From the NCBI GenBank assembly GCA_022842585.1, contig JALHPI010000001.1, positions 2,298 through 66,297 on the forward strand: a stretch of 64,000 nt of DNA, in the 5' to 3' direction. This DNA comes from Minisyncoccota bacterium. Lineage in GTDB: Bacteria; Patescibacteriota; Minisyncoccia; Phycocordibacterales; Phycocordibacteraceae. Position numbers and translations under genes: made by a program. A model generated the notes under the pieces. The model was given only the letters and a program-made list of their open reading frames with translations, ran no database searches and was not told the origin of the DNA. Shown piece by piece: positions 55,892 through 64,000 of the stretch; position 1 is the first letter of the stretch; the number at the start of each line of letters is the position of its first letter.

Positions 55892-57193
55892 TTATTTCGT
55901 GTGAAAGCCACTTGAGAGTAGGAAGCTCCATACCCTGCTTTGCTTTTCTGGAAGGATGGTCTTGAGGAGCATCTGCGTTATCGTGATTGCGGTAAAGAGG
56001 GACACGATAACGCCGAGACCGAACACGAGCGCAAAGCCCTGTACCAAGGACGTGCCCATCCAGAAGAGGATGATGGAAGAGATAATCATGGTGAAGTGAC
56101 CATCACGTATCGCACTCCATGCGCGCGAGAATCCTATGGTTGCTGCTTCATGAGGATCTTTACCTGCGTGCAATTCTTCCTTCATACGCTCAAAGATAAG
56201 CACGTTCGCGTCAACCGCCATACCGATAGAGAGAATCAGTGCCGCGATGCCTGAAGCGGTAAGTGTCACCGGAAGGAATTTAATAATCGCTATGGTGATG
56301 ATGACGTAGACAACGAGAGCAAGAGTCGCAATAAGGCCTGGAAGGCGATACCAGAAAATCATGAAGAGCGCGACAAGGGCAAAGCCCCAAATGGACGCGA
56401 GTATGCCCGCCTCTACAGCGCTTGCGCCAAGAGTTGACCCGACCGCACCGCTTGAAACGAGTTCGATAGGCACGGGAAGCGCACCGAAATTCAGGTTGCG
56501 TACCACATCGCGACCTTCGGTAGGAGTAAATGAGCCGGTAATCGTGGCGGTGCCTCCCGGAATCGCTTCTTGGATAACCGGGGAGGAGATTACTTCCCCA
56601 TCAAGAAATATGGCAAGTTGCTTCCCCACATGCTCAGACGTAATCTTCTCAAAAAGTTTCCCCCCTTCATCCGTAAAGGTAAGTACGACGACTGGCTGGT
56701 TTGCAAGTGAGCTTCCCTGGCCGTTCCCAAACTGGAGTTCGGCGTTCTTCAAATAACGACCGGTAAGTTCAGTTGGTTGATATATAGGATTTCCCTCTCC
56801 CGTCGTGCCTTCGATAAGCTTAAATTCAAGGAGCGGGGTCTTACCGAGCGCATCTACCGCAGCCTGCACGTCGGTTACGCCCGGAAGCTCCACGATAAGG
56901 CGGTCCTGTACCTCACCTGCGACTGCGCTCGACTTTTCAAGCTGTACCAAGGGTTCAGCAACGCCGAATACGTTTACGCGCTTATCAATGACTTCACGAA
57001 GTGAGTTCAACGCGCCCTGCTTGTCGGTAGTGATATTTGAGGTATCCGCCTGATACACGAGCTCGGTACCACCGGCCAAATCAAGACCAAGCTTTATGCG
57101 ATGCGGGTCGGTCGGACCATTGGTCGTGACGACAAGAAAGCTCAGTGCGGACGCAGCAATAAGTATGCCAAGCGCAGGTATGATACGCATCAT
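55892..57193 (-). CDS. secD: Protein-export membrane protein SecD
   Basis: 433 aa. LGLDLAGGTELVYQ, LGKTPLLEFK and a C-terminal six-TM bundle (GIAALILSIGMAVDANVLIFERMKEE). Confidence 0.85.
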   Translation of the reverse strand: MMRIIPALGILIAASALSFLVVTTNGPTDPHRIKLGLDLAGGTELVYQADTSNITTDKQGALNSLREVIDKRVNVFGVAEPLVQLEKSSAVAGEVQDRLIVELPGVTDVQAAVDALGKTPLLEFKLIEGTTGEGNPIYQPTELTGRYLKNAELQFGNGQGSSLANQPVVVLTFTDEGGKLFEKITSEHVGKQLAIFLDGEVISSPVIQEAIPGGTATITGSFTPTEGRDVVRNLNFGALPVPIELVSSGAVGSTLGASAVEAGILASIWGFALVALFMIFWYRLPGLIATLALVVYVIITIAIIKFLPVTLTASGIAALILSIGMAVDANVLIFERMKEELHAGKDPHEAATIGFSRAWSAIRDGHFTMIISSIILFWMGTSLVQGFALVFGLGVIVSLFTAITITQMLLKTILPEKQSRVWSFLLSSGFHTK

Positions 57194-57221
57194 AATGGCA
57201 AAGTTTACGCCTTTCTCTTCG

Positions 57222-58040
57222 TTATGCCAAACCCTTGCTTTTACCCACTAATCGGGCTGTATTGCTGAACAGACAAGAAACCGCTACCGGCCCCACCCCG
57301 CCTGGTACCGGAGTGAACACGGACGCCTTTTCTGCGCATGCGGGGTCTATGTCTCCGGACACTGCGCCGTTTGCTCCGCTCGTACCTGCATCGATAAGCA
57401 CGACTCCTTCTTTGATTAGGTCAGGGGTAATGAGGTAGGACTTCCCTACTCCGGACACGATGATGTCTGCTTCTTTATAAAAAGCTTCTGGATGTTCCGT
57501 ATCACGGTGGACTACCGTGACTAGTGCGCCTAAACGCGCAAGCGCGATAGCGCACGGTTTGCCGACAAGTTGGCCACGTCCGACGACGACCGTCTTCTTC
57601 CCGCGCACCTCGACACCGGAACGAGCGAGTATTTCAAGCACTCCTGCGGCAACCGGCGGTATGAGCGCATCTTCCTCCCCGTTTTCAAATCGAGCATACG
57701 CCGCATCGGAGAGCACGTCCGCGTCCTTATCAAGCGGAATCGCGTTCAATACCTTCTGTAGATCAAGCGATTCAGGAATGGGTAATTGCACGATCACCGC
57801 ATCGGCTCCAGGCGCTTGTATTGCGGAAATAATAGCGTCCTCGTTTGCGTCGTCAGGAAGCGTTACTACCTCAAGCCGCATACCTCCTTCCTCTGCTCGC
57901 TGCATCTTGATACGCAAGTACGACTCGGTCGCGGGAGACGGGCGCACGGTTATCGCGCGCACTACCGGTACCTGCGGCGCGATACCCTGCTGTACTTCAG
58001 CGAGAATGACAGAAGCAATCTTTCGTCCGTCGGCAATCAT
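57222..58040 (-). CDS. folD: Bifunctional methylenetetrahydrofolate dehydrogenase / methenyl-THF cyclohydrolase
   Basis: 272 aa. YLRIKMQRAEEGG, VVVGRGQLVGKPCA and PVPGGVGPVAVSCL. Confidence 0.85.
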   Translation of the reverse strand: MIADGRKIASVILAEVQQGIAPQVPVVRAITVRPSPATESYLRIKMQRAEEGGMRLEVVTLPDDANEDAIISAIQAPGADAVIVQLPIPESLDLQKVLNAIPLDKDADVLSDAAYARFENGEEDALIPPVAAGVLEILARSGVEVRGKKTVVVGRGQLVGKPCAIALARLGALVTVVHRDTEHPEAFYKEADIIVSGVGKSYLITPDLIKEGVVLIDAGTSGANGAVSGDIDPACAEKASVFTPVPGGVGPVAVSCLFSNTARLVGKSKGLA

Positions 58041-58945
58041 ACTATCCCGTATTCTTTTTTAAGCTCTGCTATACCGTCTTCAAGGGTAATTTCCGGAGAC
58101 CATCCCAAGAGCTCTTTTGCTTTCGCGTTGCTGCCATACGTATCCTGCACGTCGCCGGGACGAGACGGCAAATATTCCTTCTCGCCGCCAATAAGGTCTG
58201 CAAGCGCGTTCACCGACACGTTTCGTCCGGCCGCCACATTCAACACCTCTCCCTTCCCTACCGCAGGCGACTCGGACGCAAGGAGACAGGCGCGTACCAC
58301 GTCGCGCACGTTTGTGAAGTCGCGGGTATGCGAGCCGTCTCCCGTGATAGGAAGCGGCTTCCCTGCCGCGCGACATGAGAGGAACTTTGGGATGGCGAGT
58401 GCATACGCGCCGTCCGGGCGCATGTTCGAACCGTATACCGTGAAAAACCGAAGTGAAACCGTCGAAAGACCGTACAGTTCCGAAAACAACCGCGCAAGCT
58501 CTTCGCCAGCGTACTTCTGAAACGCATAGAGCGACTTCGGCGCAGGACGCATCGTCTCCACAAACGGCATGCTCGCCTGTTCGCCATATGCTGACGAAGA
58601 GGCGCCGTACACGACACGTCCTACTTTTGCGTCGCGTGCCGCCAAAAGCATCGACATGGTGCCGTCTATGTTTGCTCGGTGCGACTCCGCGGGATAGTCG
58701 TACGAATAGGTGACGCGCGGAAGTGCGGCAAGATGAAATACGACCGCGGCACCTTCGAACACTGATCGGAGTTTATCGGTCTCGAGTATATCGAACTCAT
58801 GGAAGACGGCGCCTTCCGGCACGTCTTCTTTGTGTCCGGCCGCAAGATTGTCCACCACGTGCGTCTCGTATCCCTGCGCAACAAGCGCCGCAGCGATATG
58901 CGAACCGATGAATCCCGCACCTCCGGTGACGACTGCTTTTTTCAT
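58037..58945 (-). CDS. NAD-dependent epimerase/dehydratase (UDP-hexose 4-epimerase-like SDR)
   Basis: Start at MKKAVVTGGAGFIGSHI (58945). The listed ORF has a 42-aa non-conserved extension. Catalytic motif YAFQKYAGE (YxxxK). Confidence 0.7.
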   Translation of the reverse strand: MKKAVVTGGAGFIGSHIAAALVAQGYETHVVDNLAAGHKEDVPEGAVFHEFDILETDKLRSVFEGAAVVFHLAALPRVTYSYDYPAESHRANIDGTMSMLLAARDAKVGRVVYGASSSAYGEQASMPFVETMRPAPKSLYAFQKYAGEELARLFSELYGLSTVSLRFFTVYGSNMRPDGAYALAIPKFLSCRAAGKPLPITGDGSHTRDFTNVRDVVRACLLASESPAVGKGEVLNVAAGRNVSVNALADLIGGEKEYLPSRPGDVQDTYGSNAKAKELLGWSPEITLEDGIAELKKEYGIV

Positions 58946-58946
58946 A

Positions 58947-60017
58947 TTAGTCTTTGTGGCGACGGAACTTCTCCGGAACTTCCGATTCGTAGAGACCGTT
59001 TGTATAATAGAACGCGTCGAAACTTGAAGCGGAGTAGTTGAATCCCAAGAGACGCGTCGCTTTTGAACCATCTACGTTGATAGGATAGGAATATCCTTTC
59101 CAGCTTCCCTGCGCCGTCGGAATCTTCCCGCGTGACAAGTGCCAGGCAAAGTAGAACCCGACGCGCAGGAATTGTGGGGACACATGCCAGAGGCGCTTCC
59201 CTACTGCCTTTGCCATATCTTCCCCGTATACCGCCTTCCCCGGAGGAGCGATGTTGAACGCTTCGTATTTGACCGGCACTTCGTCAAACGCGAGCCGGAG
59301 CGTGACTGCGACGATATCGTCTTCGTGCACGAACTGGCGAAGCCATTTGGGCGTCACCGGCACCCAGGACACCAGGAGCGAAACGAGATTATAGAAGAAA
59401 GATTTTTCACTCTTGAGCGTTCCGGACAATGCTGCCTGGAGTCCGAAGCGAATACGCATGAAGCGGCCGCGTGGACCGGTAATCGCCGCAGGACGGATGA
59501 TGGCGACCGTCGCCGCGTTCGTACGCTTTTTGTACGCCGCTTCGAGCCGTTCTTCGGCCACACGCTTTTCTTCAGCATACAGATAGTCAGTCACGCGGAA
59601 TGGTTCGCTCTCCACATACCGATGCTCGGTCGTGTTTTCAGGAAATGCTCCGTAGGAAGCGACGGTGGAGTAATGAATGAGCCGCTTCACCTGACGCTCG
59701 TTCAGTGCGAAATTAAACACCTTTTCAGAACCATCGATGTTCCATTTCCATGAGAGCGGTCGGTTGCCGTAGATTTCGCGTATCTGCCATGCGGTATGAA
59801 TGACGATATCCGGAGAATACTTCCGCACTTCTTCTTCCCACTCATCCGCCGTATTTATGTGGAGATACGTCAGATTCGGCACATCCTTTATGAAATCCGG
59901 AAGGGGTTCCTTATCGAGTCCGATGATGCGCTCCACGTCGTCCCGTTTCGCGATAGCGCGCACGAGCATGCCCCCCACGTATCCCGCTGCCCCTGTTATG
60001 AGTACCGTGTGCGCCAT
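58947..60017 (-). CDS. NAD-dependent epimerase/dehydratase family protein (extended SDR)
   Basis: 356 aa. VLITGAAGYVGGML and YAEEKRVAE (YxxxK). Confidence 0.65.
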   Translation of the reverse strand: MAHTVLITGAAGYVGGMLVRAIAKRDDVERIIGLDKEPLPDFIKDVPNLTYLHINTADEWEEEVRKYSPDIVIHTAWQIREIYGNRPLSWKWNIDGSEKVFNFALNERQVKRLIHYSTVASYGAFPENTTEHRYVESEPFRVTDYLYAEEKRVAEERLEAAYKKRTNAATVAIIRPAAITGPRGRFMRIRFGLQAALSGTLKSEKSFFYNLVSLLVSWVPVTPKWLRQFVHEDDIVAVTLRLAFDEVPVKYEAFNIAPPGKAVYGEDMAKAVGKRLWHVSPQFLRVGFYFAWHLSRGKIPTAQGSWKGYSYPINVDGSKATRLLGFNYSASSFDAFYYTNGLYESEVPEKFRRHKD

Positions 60018-60037
60018 AGTCTCCTTAGAATACGCTA

Positions 60038-61408
60038 CTACCCCGCAACACGGAATAACATGCGCTTTACGGTCTTAAGCGCAATGACGATATCAAGCGC
60101 GAGCGAGCGATTCTTGATGTAGTAAAAATCGTACGCAAGCCGCACCTTAGTCTCCTCAATAGACTGGGGACTTATATGCCCCGGCTCATACTTCTGATTT
60201 ATCTGGGCCCAGCCGGTAATTCCTGGCTTCACGATGTAGCGCATGTTGTAGTACGGAATTGCTTCGCCGAGCCGCTTCCCCAACCCTTCGACATCATTTC
60301 GCGGACCCACAAGAGACAGCTCTCCTTTGAGGACGTTTATGAATTGCGGGAATTCATCAAGAGACGTAAGGCGCAAGAAACTTCCGACCTTCGTGACTGG
60401 ATTGTCTTTCTTTTCCTCGATCGTCCATTCGCTTGAAGCGGCCTTATTCTGGCGCATGCTGCGAAACTTGTACGCGCGTATGCGCGTGCCGTACTGACCA
60501 ATGCGCTCCTGCGTAATGAATACTGGTCCTGGCCCCTCAAGACGCATGAGGAACCACAGTATCGGGGTGACCACTACCGTAATGAACCCCATGACAAGAC
60601 CGCCGACTATATCTATCATCCGCTTTGCGGCAAGGTAAAAACTCTCGTCAGTCCCGGAGAGATTCTTCAAAAACCAATCGTATTCTAGAAGCGAGAGCGG
60701 TACGCGATCGAATACTTCTTCATAGACTTCATGAAAATCAAGGACGGCATAGCCGGGACGAACGAACGCAAGCTCGTAGAGGTTTGGCAACAGCGGACGT
60801 ATCGTATCGCGTTCGGCGTCAATAACGAGGAGCGCCACCCGCTCATCCTTCAACCTTCTCGAAAACGCGTCGAAATCCGCTTTCATTTCTTCTGCTGAAG
60901 CGGTCAACACAAACGAGAGGTGGTAGTGAGGATTCCCATTCACTTCCGCAGCCAGTTCATGCATTTCAGCTCCTGACCCGATGAGTGCAGCTCGCTCACG
61001 GGCAAGAGGACGGGTAATGCGTGGGAAGAATGCGAGACGCCACATCAGTATGAGCGCGAGCGAGACGACGAGATAGAGGAGCAAGTTTGTCTTTGGCGCG
61101 ATGCCAATGTTGGGTAGGAAGAAAAAGAAGAGTGCGGCAAGAATAATGTTCGCGATTTGGGTGCGTAAAATGATGCCGAACAATGCGGATTTGAAAAGGA
61201 CGACGCGCTTGCTGTAGAGACCGGCCATATAGAAAACCAGAATCCAGAGCACGAACAAGAGACTGAAGGATACAAGGTGGTCACCAAGTAGCTCTTTGGT
61301 CGGAAGGGTCCCGTAGCGGATAAGGAGCGTAATCCACAGGGAGGCGAAGAATATGACAATATCCCCTAGAAAGAGAAGAGTGGCACTATGTCGTCCGCTG
61401 GAGGTCAT
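60038..61408 (-). CDS. Polyprenyl-phosphate hexose-1-phosphate transferase (WbaP/CpsE-like initiating sugar transferase, Bac_transf family)
   Basis: N-terminal TM region and a C-terminal Bac_transf domain (KRMIDIVGGLV...GPGPVFITQERIG...KFRSM...DEFPQFINVLKGELSLVGPR). The start is uncertain: ATGs at 61408 and 61456 are both possible. Confidence 0.75.
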   Translation of the reverse strand: MTSSGRHSATLLFLGDIVIFFASLWITLLIRYGTLPTKELLGDHLVSFSLLFVLWILVFYMAGLYSKRVVLFKSALFGIILRTQIANIILAALFFFFLPNIGIAPKTNLLLYLVVSLALILMWRLAFFPRITRPLARERAALIGSGAEMHELAAEVNGNPHYHLSFVLTASAEEMKADFDAFSRRLKDERVALLVIDAERDTIRPLLPNLYELAFVRPGYAVLDFHEVYEEVFDRVPLSLLEYDWFLKNLSGTDESFYLAAKRMIDIVGGLVMGFITVVVTPILWFLMRLEGPGPVFITQERIGQYGTRIRAYKFRSMRQNKAASSEWTIEEKKDNPVTKVGSFLRLTSLDEFPQFINVLKGELSLVGPRNDVEGLGKRLGEAIPYYNMRYIVKPGITGWAQINQKYEPGHISPQSIEETKVRLAYDFYYIKNRSLALDIVIALKTVKRMLFRVAG

Positions 61409-61454
61409 GGAGGAGTGGGTCAAAGATGTTATATCATAGGAAAGATAGATTTTC

Positions 61455-62618
61455 ATGACTGAGCCTTTAAACGCGCACCCTATGCGCAGCGACCCCCTTT
61501 CTCCCCGCCTTCCTAAGCGGATTCTTTTCGTCATAACCAAAGCAGTGTGGGGTGGCGCACAACGCTACGTATATGACCTCGCTACCTCTGCGAAAGAGAA
61601 GGGATATGAGGTGGCGGTCGCCTACGGCACCGAAGGACTCTTGCGCACCAAGCTTGAGGAAGCAGGCATTCGCACCATCCCGCTACCTACCCTTACCCGA
61701 GACATACAGCCAAGAGCGGAATGGGAATCATTCAAGCTCGTGCGCGCACTTATTAAGGAGGAGCGTCCGGACATAATTCATGTGAACAGCTCAAAAGCGG
61801 GTCTCGCCTTGCTTGCCGCCAGGCTTGAACGTGTTCCTCGCATCATCTTTACCGCCCACGGGTGGGCCTTTAATGAGAAGCGTCCGTGGTGGCAGAAGCT
61901 TATCCTCCATGCTGTCTATGCAGTGACCGTTCACCTCGCACACCTCACCATCTGCGTCTCGGATGCCATACGTCGTGATATCGGCTGGCTCCCCTTCGGA
62001 CGGCTCGTCACGGTAAAGCACGGAATTGATACGCCGAAGTTTATGGAAAAAGACGAGGCACGCAAACAACTGCACCTTGGAACAACCGAGGGCATGTGGC
62101 TCGGTATGATAGCGGAGCTACACCCAACGAAACGGGTGCAAGACGCCATTGATGCGGTGGCGGAACTATCCGCAACCCATCCAGAACTCCATCTCGTAGT
62201 TATGGGTGGCGGCGAATTGAAAGAATGGCTTCAGGAGCGCGTACGCCACTACAAACTTGAGGACCGCATCCACCTACCGGGCTTCGTCATAGACGCTCCG
62301 GAATACCTGAAAGCCTTCGACTACTTCCTGATGTTAAGCCGCACTGAAGCACTCGGGCTCGCATTAATTGAGGCGGGGTATGCGGGACTTCCGGTACTGG
62401 CAACGCGCGCAGGAGGTATCCCGGAAATCGTACGCCACAAGAAGTCCGGTGTCCTCGTTCCTGCAGAAAACCCGCACGCGCTCTCCCGCGCACTTCGCAT
62501 CCTGCTTGAAAATCCTGAACTAGCCAAACAATACGCGACCGAACTTGAAACCCAAACCCGCGCCAAGTTCTCTAAGGAACGTATGCTCCAAGAAACCTTT
62601 TCCATCTACGAGGCATAA
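61455..62618 (+). CDS. Glycosyltransferase family 4
   Basis: 387 aa. ILFVITKAVWGGAQRYVYDLA N-terminus and the GT4 C-domain TEALGLALIEAGYAGLPVLATRAGGIPEIV. The real start may be the internal MRSDP. Confidence 0.7.
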   Translation: MTEPLNAHPMRSDPLSPRLPKRILFVITKAVWGGAQRYVYDLATSAKEKGYEVAVAYGTEGLLRTKLEEAGIRTIPLPTLTRDIQPRAEWESFKLVRALIKEERPDIIHVNSSKAGLALLAARLERVPRIIFTAHGWAFNEKRPWWQKLILHAVYAVTVHLAHLTICVSDAIRRDIGWLPFGRLVTVKHGIDTPKFMEKDEARKQLHLGTTEGMWLGMIAELHPTKRVQDAIDAVAELSATHPELHLVVMGGGELKEWLQERVRHYKLEDRIHLPGFVIDAPEYLKAFDYFLMLSRTEALGLALIEAGYAGLPVLATRAGGIPEIVRHKKSGVLVPAENPHALSRALRILLENPELAKQYATELETQTRAKFSKERMLQETFSIYEA

Positions 62619-62642
62619 TCACCACTACCACACACGGAGTGA

Positions 62643-62740
62643 GGGTATCCGAAAGAAAAGGCTCTGCGCAGGTCGTGCGGCCGAGGAGGTGCGAAAATTT
62701 TCCAGCAGGAAAATATTCCGTACTTTTCTTTCGGATACCC
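62643..62740. repeat. Perfect 18-bp inverted repeat (GGGTATCCGAAAGAAAAG ... CTTTTCTTTCGGATACCC) enclosing a 62-nt loop, between convergent genes
   Basis: Arms at 62643-62660 and 62723-62740. The loop contains GAAAATTTTCC / GGAAAATATTCC sub-repeats. Confidence 0.75.
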
Positions 62741-62749
62741 GAACGGAAT

Positions 62750-63886
62750 TTATCCTTCGTACTCCTGCCCCGCCATCTCTCTCGGGGCACTCCTCCCATG
62801 GCGCGCAAGCGACGCCACGATGCCGAGCGCCGCGAATTCCATCACGATGTGCGACCCGCCGTAGCTCATGAACGGTATCGTCGTGCCGGTCACCGGCAAT
62901 AAACCGAGATTGATGCCGGCATGGATAAATACGTGCGCCAAGAAGAGGAGCATGATGCCAATAGTGAAAAACGCGTCGAAATTCGTCGCGGCCCGGCGTG
63001 CGATAGAAAGGAGATTAAACAAGAGAAGCCCGTACAACAGAAGTACGAGTGATACGCCGACGAATCCCCACTCTTCGGCGAACGCAGCGAATATAAAGTC
63101 GGTTTCGTATTCCGGCAGGAATCTGAGCTTCGATTGCGTACCGTAGCCTATTCCCTTTCCAAACAATTCCCCTGAGCCTGCGGCGACCACCGCTTGGTAC
63201 GCGTTGTAGCCTGCACCACGGATATCCGCAGCGGGATTGAGGAACGCGACTATGCGTGTGCGCTGGTAGTCATGGAGCCCAAAGAACCATAGGCCTGCGG
63301 CCGCGATGGCGCCCAGCACGAATACGATTGCCAGATGCTTTTTTGAAATACCGGACACCAGTACCATCCCGAACCACACGCCCGCCAATATCGCAGCGGT
63401 ACCCAAGTCCGGCTGTATGAGAATAAGACCAATGATGATAGCCGCGTAGATACCTGAAAGAATGAGATGGCGTATCTGTTGCATTTCCACGTGTCTGCGC
63501 GAAAAGTATTTTGCAAGGAATGCGATGAGCACAAGCTTGGCGAGGTCGGCCGGTTGGAATGAAAATGCGCCAAACGAGAACCACGCCTTTGCTCCTTGTA
63601 CCGGGTGTGCAAAAAGCAATAGGAGTACGAGGAGTCCGAGCGCAAGTGCGTACCCAGCCACAATGACCGTGGTACGCCGGATGATATGCATGTCCGAGAG
63701 CACGCACCCGATAAATACCGCGACACCCACCCCTATCCAGATAAGCTGTCTTGGGGCAAGCGACGATTCTCCGCCAAACGGATGCATAGTAAGGACGCCA
63801 AGGAATGCAAGCGCAAGCGCCGGCAAAAGAAGTGGCCAGGAGTTAAACAGTGCTTTTACTGCGTCTGCCCGCACAAGCCCACTCAT
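62750..63886 (-). CDS. SEDS-family peptidoglycan glycosyltransferase (FtsW/RodA)
   Basis: 378 aa with 10 TM helices. Conserved SEDS segments FQPADLAKL, GYGTQSKLRFLPEYETDFIFAAFAEEWGFVG and PFMSYGGSH. Confidence 0.85.
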   Translation of the reverse strand: MSGLVRADAVKALFNSWPLLLPALALAFLGVLTMHPFGGESSLAPRQLIWIGVGVAVFIGCVLSDMHIIRRTTVIVAGYALALGLLVLLLLFAHPVQGAKAWFSFGAFSFQPADLAKLVLIAFLAKYFSRRHVEMQQIRHLILSGIYAAIIIGLILIQPDLGTAAILAGVWFGMVLVSGISKKHLAIVFVLGAIAAAGLWFFGLHDYQRTRIVAFLNPAADIRGAGYNAYQAVVAAGSGELFGKGIGYGTQSKLRFLPEYETDFIFAAFAEEWGFVGVSLVLLLYGLLLFNLLSIARRAATNFDAFFTIGIMLLFLAHVFIHAGINLGLLPVTGTTIPFMSYGGSHIVMEFAALGIVASLARHGRSAPREMAGQEYEG

Positions 63887-64000
63887 GGAATGGGAAGAAC
63901 GATAATCGGACGCACATCAATGCGAGATACCGCGTCCGTAAACGGTGCGTTCCAAGTGAACACCGCTTCTGCTGAAGCTTGCGGTGCAAGCTCGGCGACT
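63883..64000 (-). CDS. 3' end of an upstream gene (partial; product unidentified). Stop overlaps the SEDS start (ATGA).
   Basis: Open frame to the window edge ending ...VRPIIVLPIP*, with TGA at 63883-63885. Confidence 0.35.
   Translation of the reverse strand, partial: VAELAPQASAEAVFTWNAPFTDAVSRIDVRPIIVLPIP

Noticed and set aside
57517-58520. Plus-strand ORFs 57517..58062 and 57786..58520
   Set aside because: Antisense to folD and the downstream epimerase; products are Ser/Thr/Arg-rich low-complexity.

Overview
This 64-kb window looks like a compact, gene-dense bacterial chromosome segment of about 55% GC. The short intergenic gaps, frequent ATGA start/stop overlaps, a divergent 16S rRNA and domain-minimised enzymes are consistent with a small-genome Patescibacteria/CPR-like lineage, but this taxonomic guess is inference. 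Almost all genes are on the minus strand.

Contents, from left to right:
- Two tandem paralogous membrane-anchored HTH proteins at the left edge.
- The gatB-obg-secA run, then a tiny Lys/Ala-rich basic protein and murB.
- A roughly 30-kb cell-surface glycan locus (8.8 to 40.8 kb). It holds an O-antigen-ligase-like/TPR protein, GtrA, a GT39/ArnT-like protein and a GtrB-like GT2. It also holds a Wzx flippase, an AsnB amidotransferase, an fnlA/fnlB/fnlC-like UDP-L-FucNAc set and a dTDP 2,6-dideoxy-3-C-methylhexose-like set. That set has RmlA, RmlB, a half-size 2,3-dehydratase, a Gfo/Idh/MocA reductase, a C-methyltransferase and an RmlD-like reductase. The locus also has many GT4 glycosyltransferases, a HAD hydrolase, a short nucleotide-sugar dehydrogenase and a YvcK/CofD-like protein.
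- A soluble VirD4/TraD-like P-loop ATPase with small neighbouring proteins.
- rsmI and murC-murI-murD.
- A 16S rRNA gene followed by tRNA-Ile(GAU), with no tRNA-Ala or 23S after it. The 16S carries an apparent ~170-nt insertion between helix 45 and the anti-SD tail, and a 19-bp leader/trailer complementarity flanks it.
- pyrH, a Zn-ribbon peptide, a Nudix hydrolase, DUF1653 and a P-loop kinase.
- secD, secF and folD.
- Two SDR epimerases, an initiating sugar-phosphate transferase, a divergent GT4 and a SEDS (FtsW/RodA) gene.

No CRISPR array, transposase or integrase was seen. All functional assignments come from motif and similarity recall against well-known families; no searches were run.
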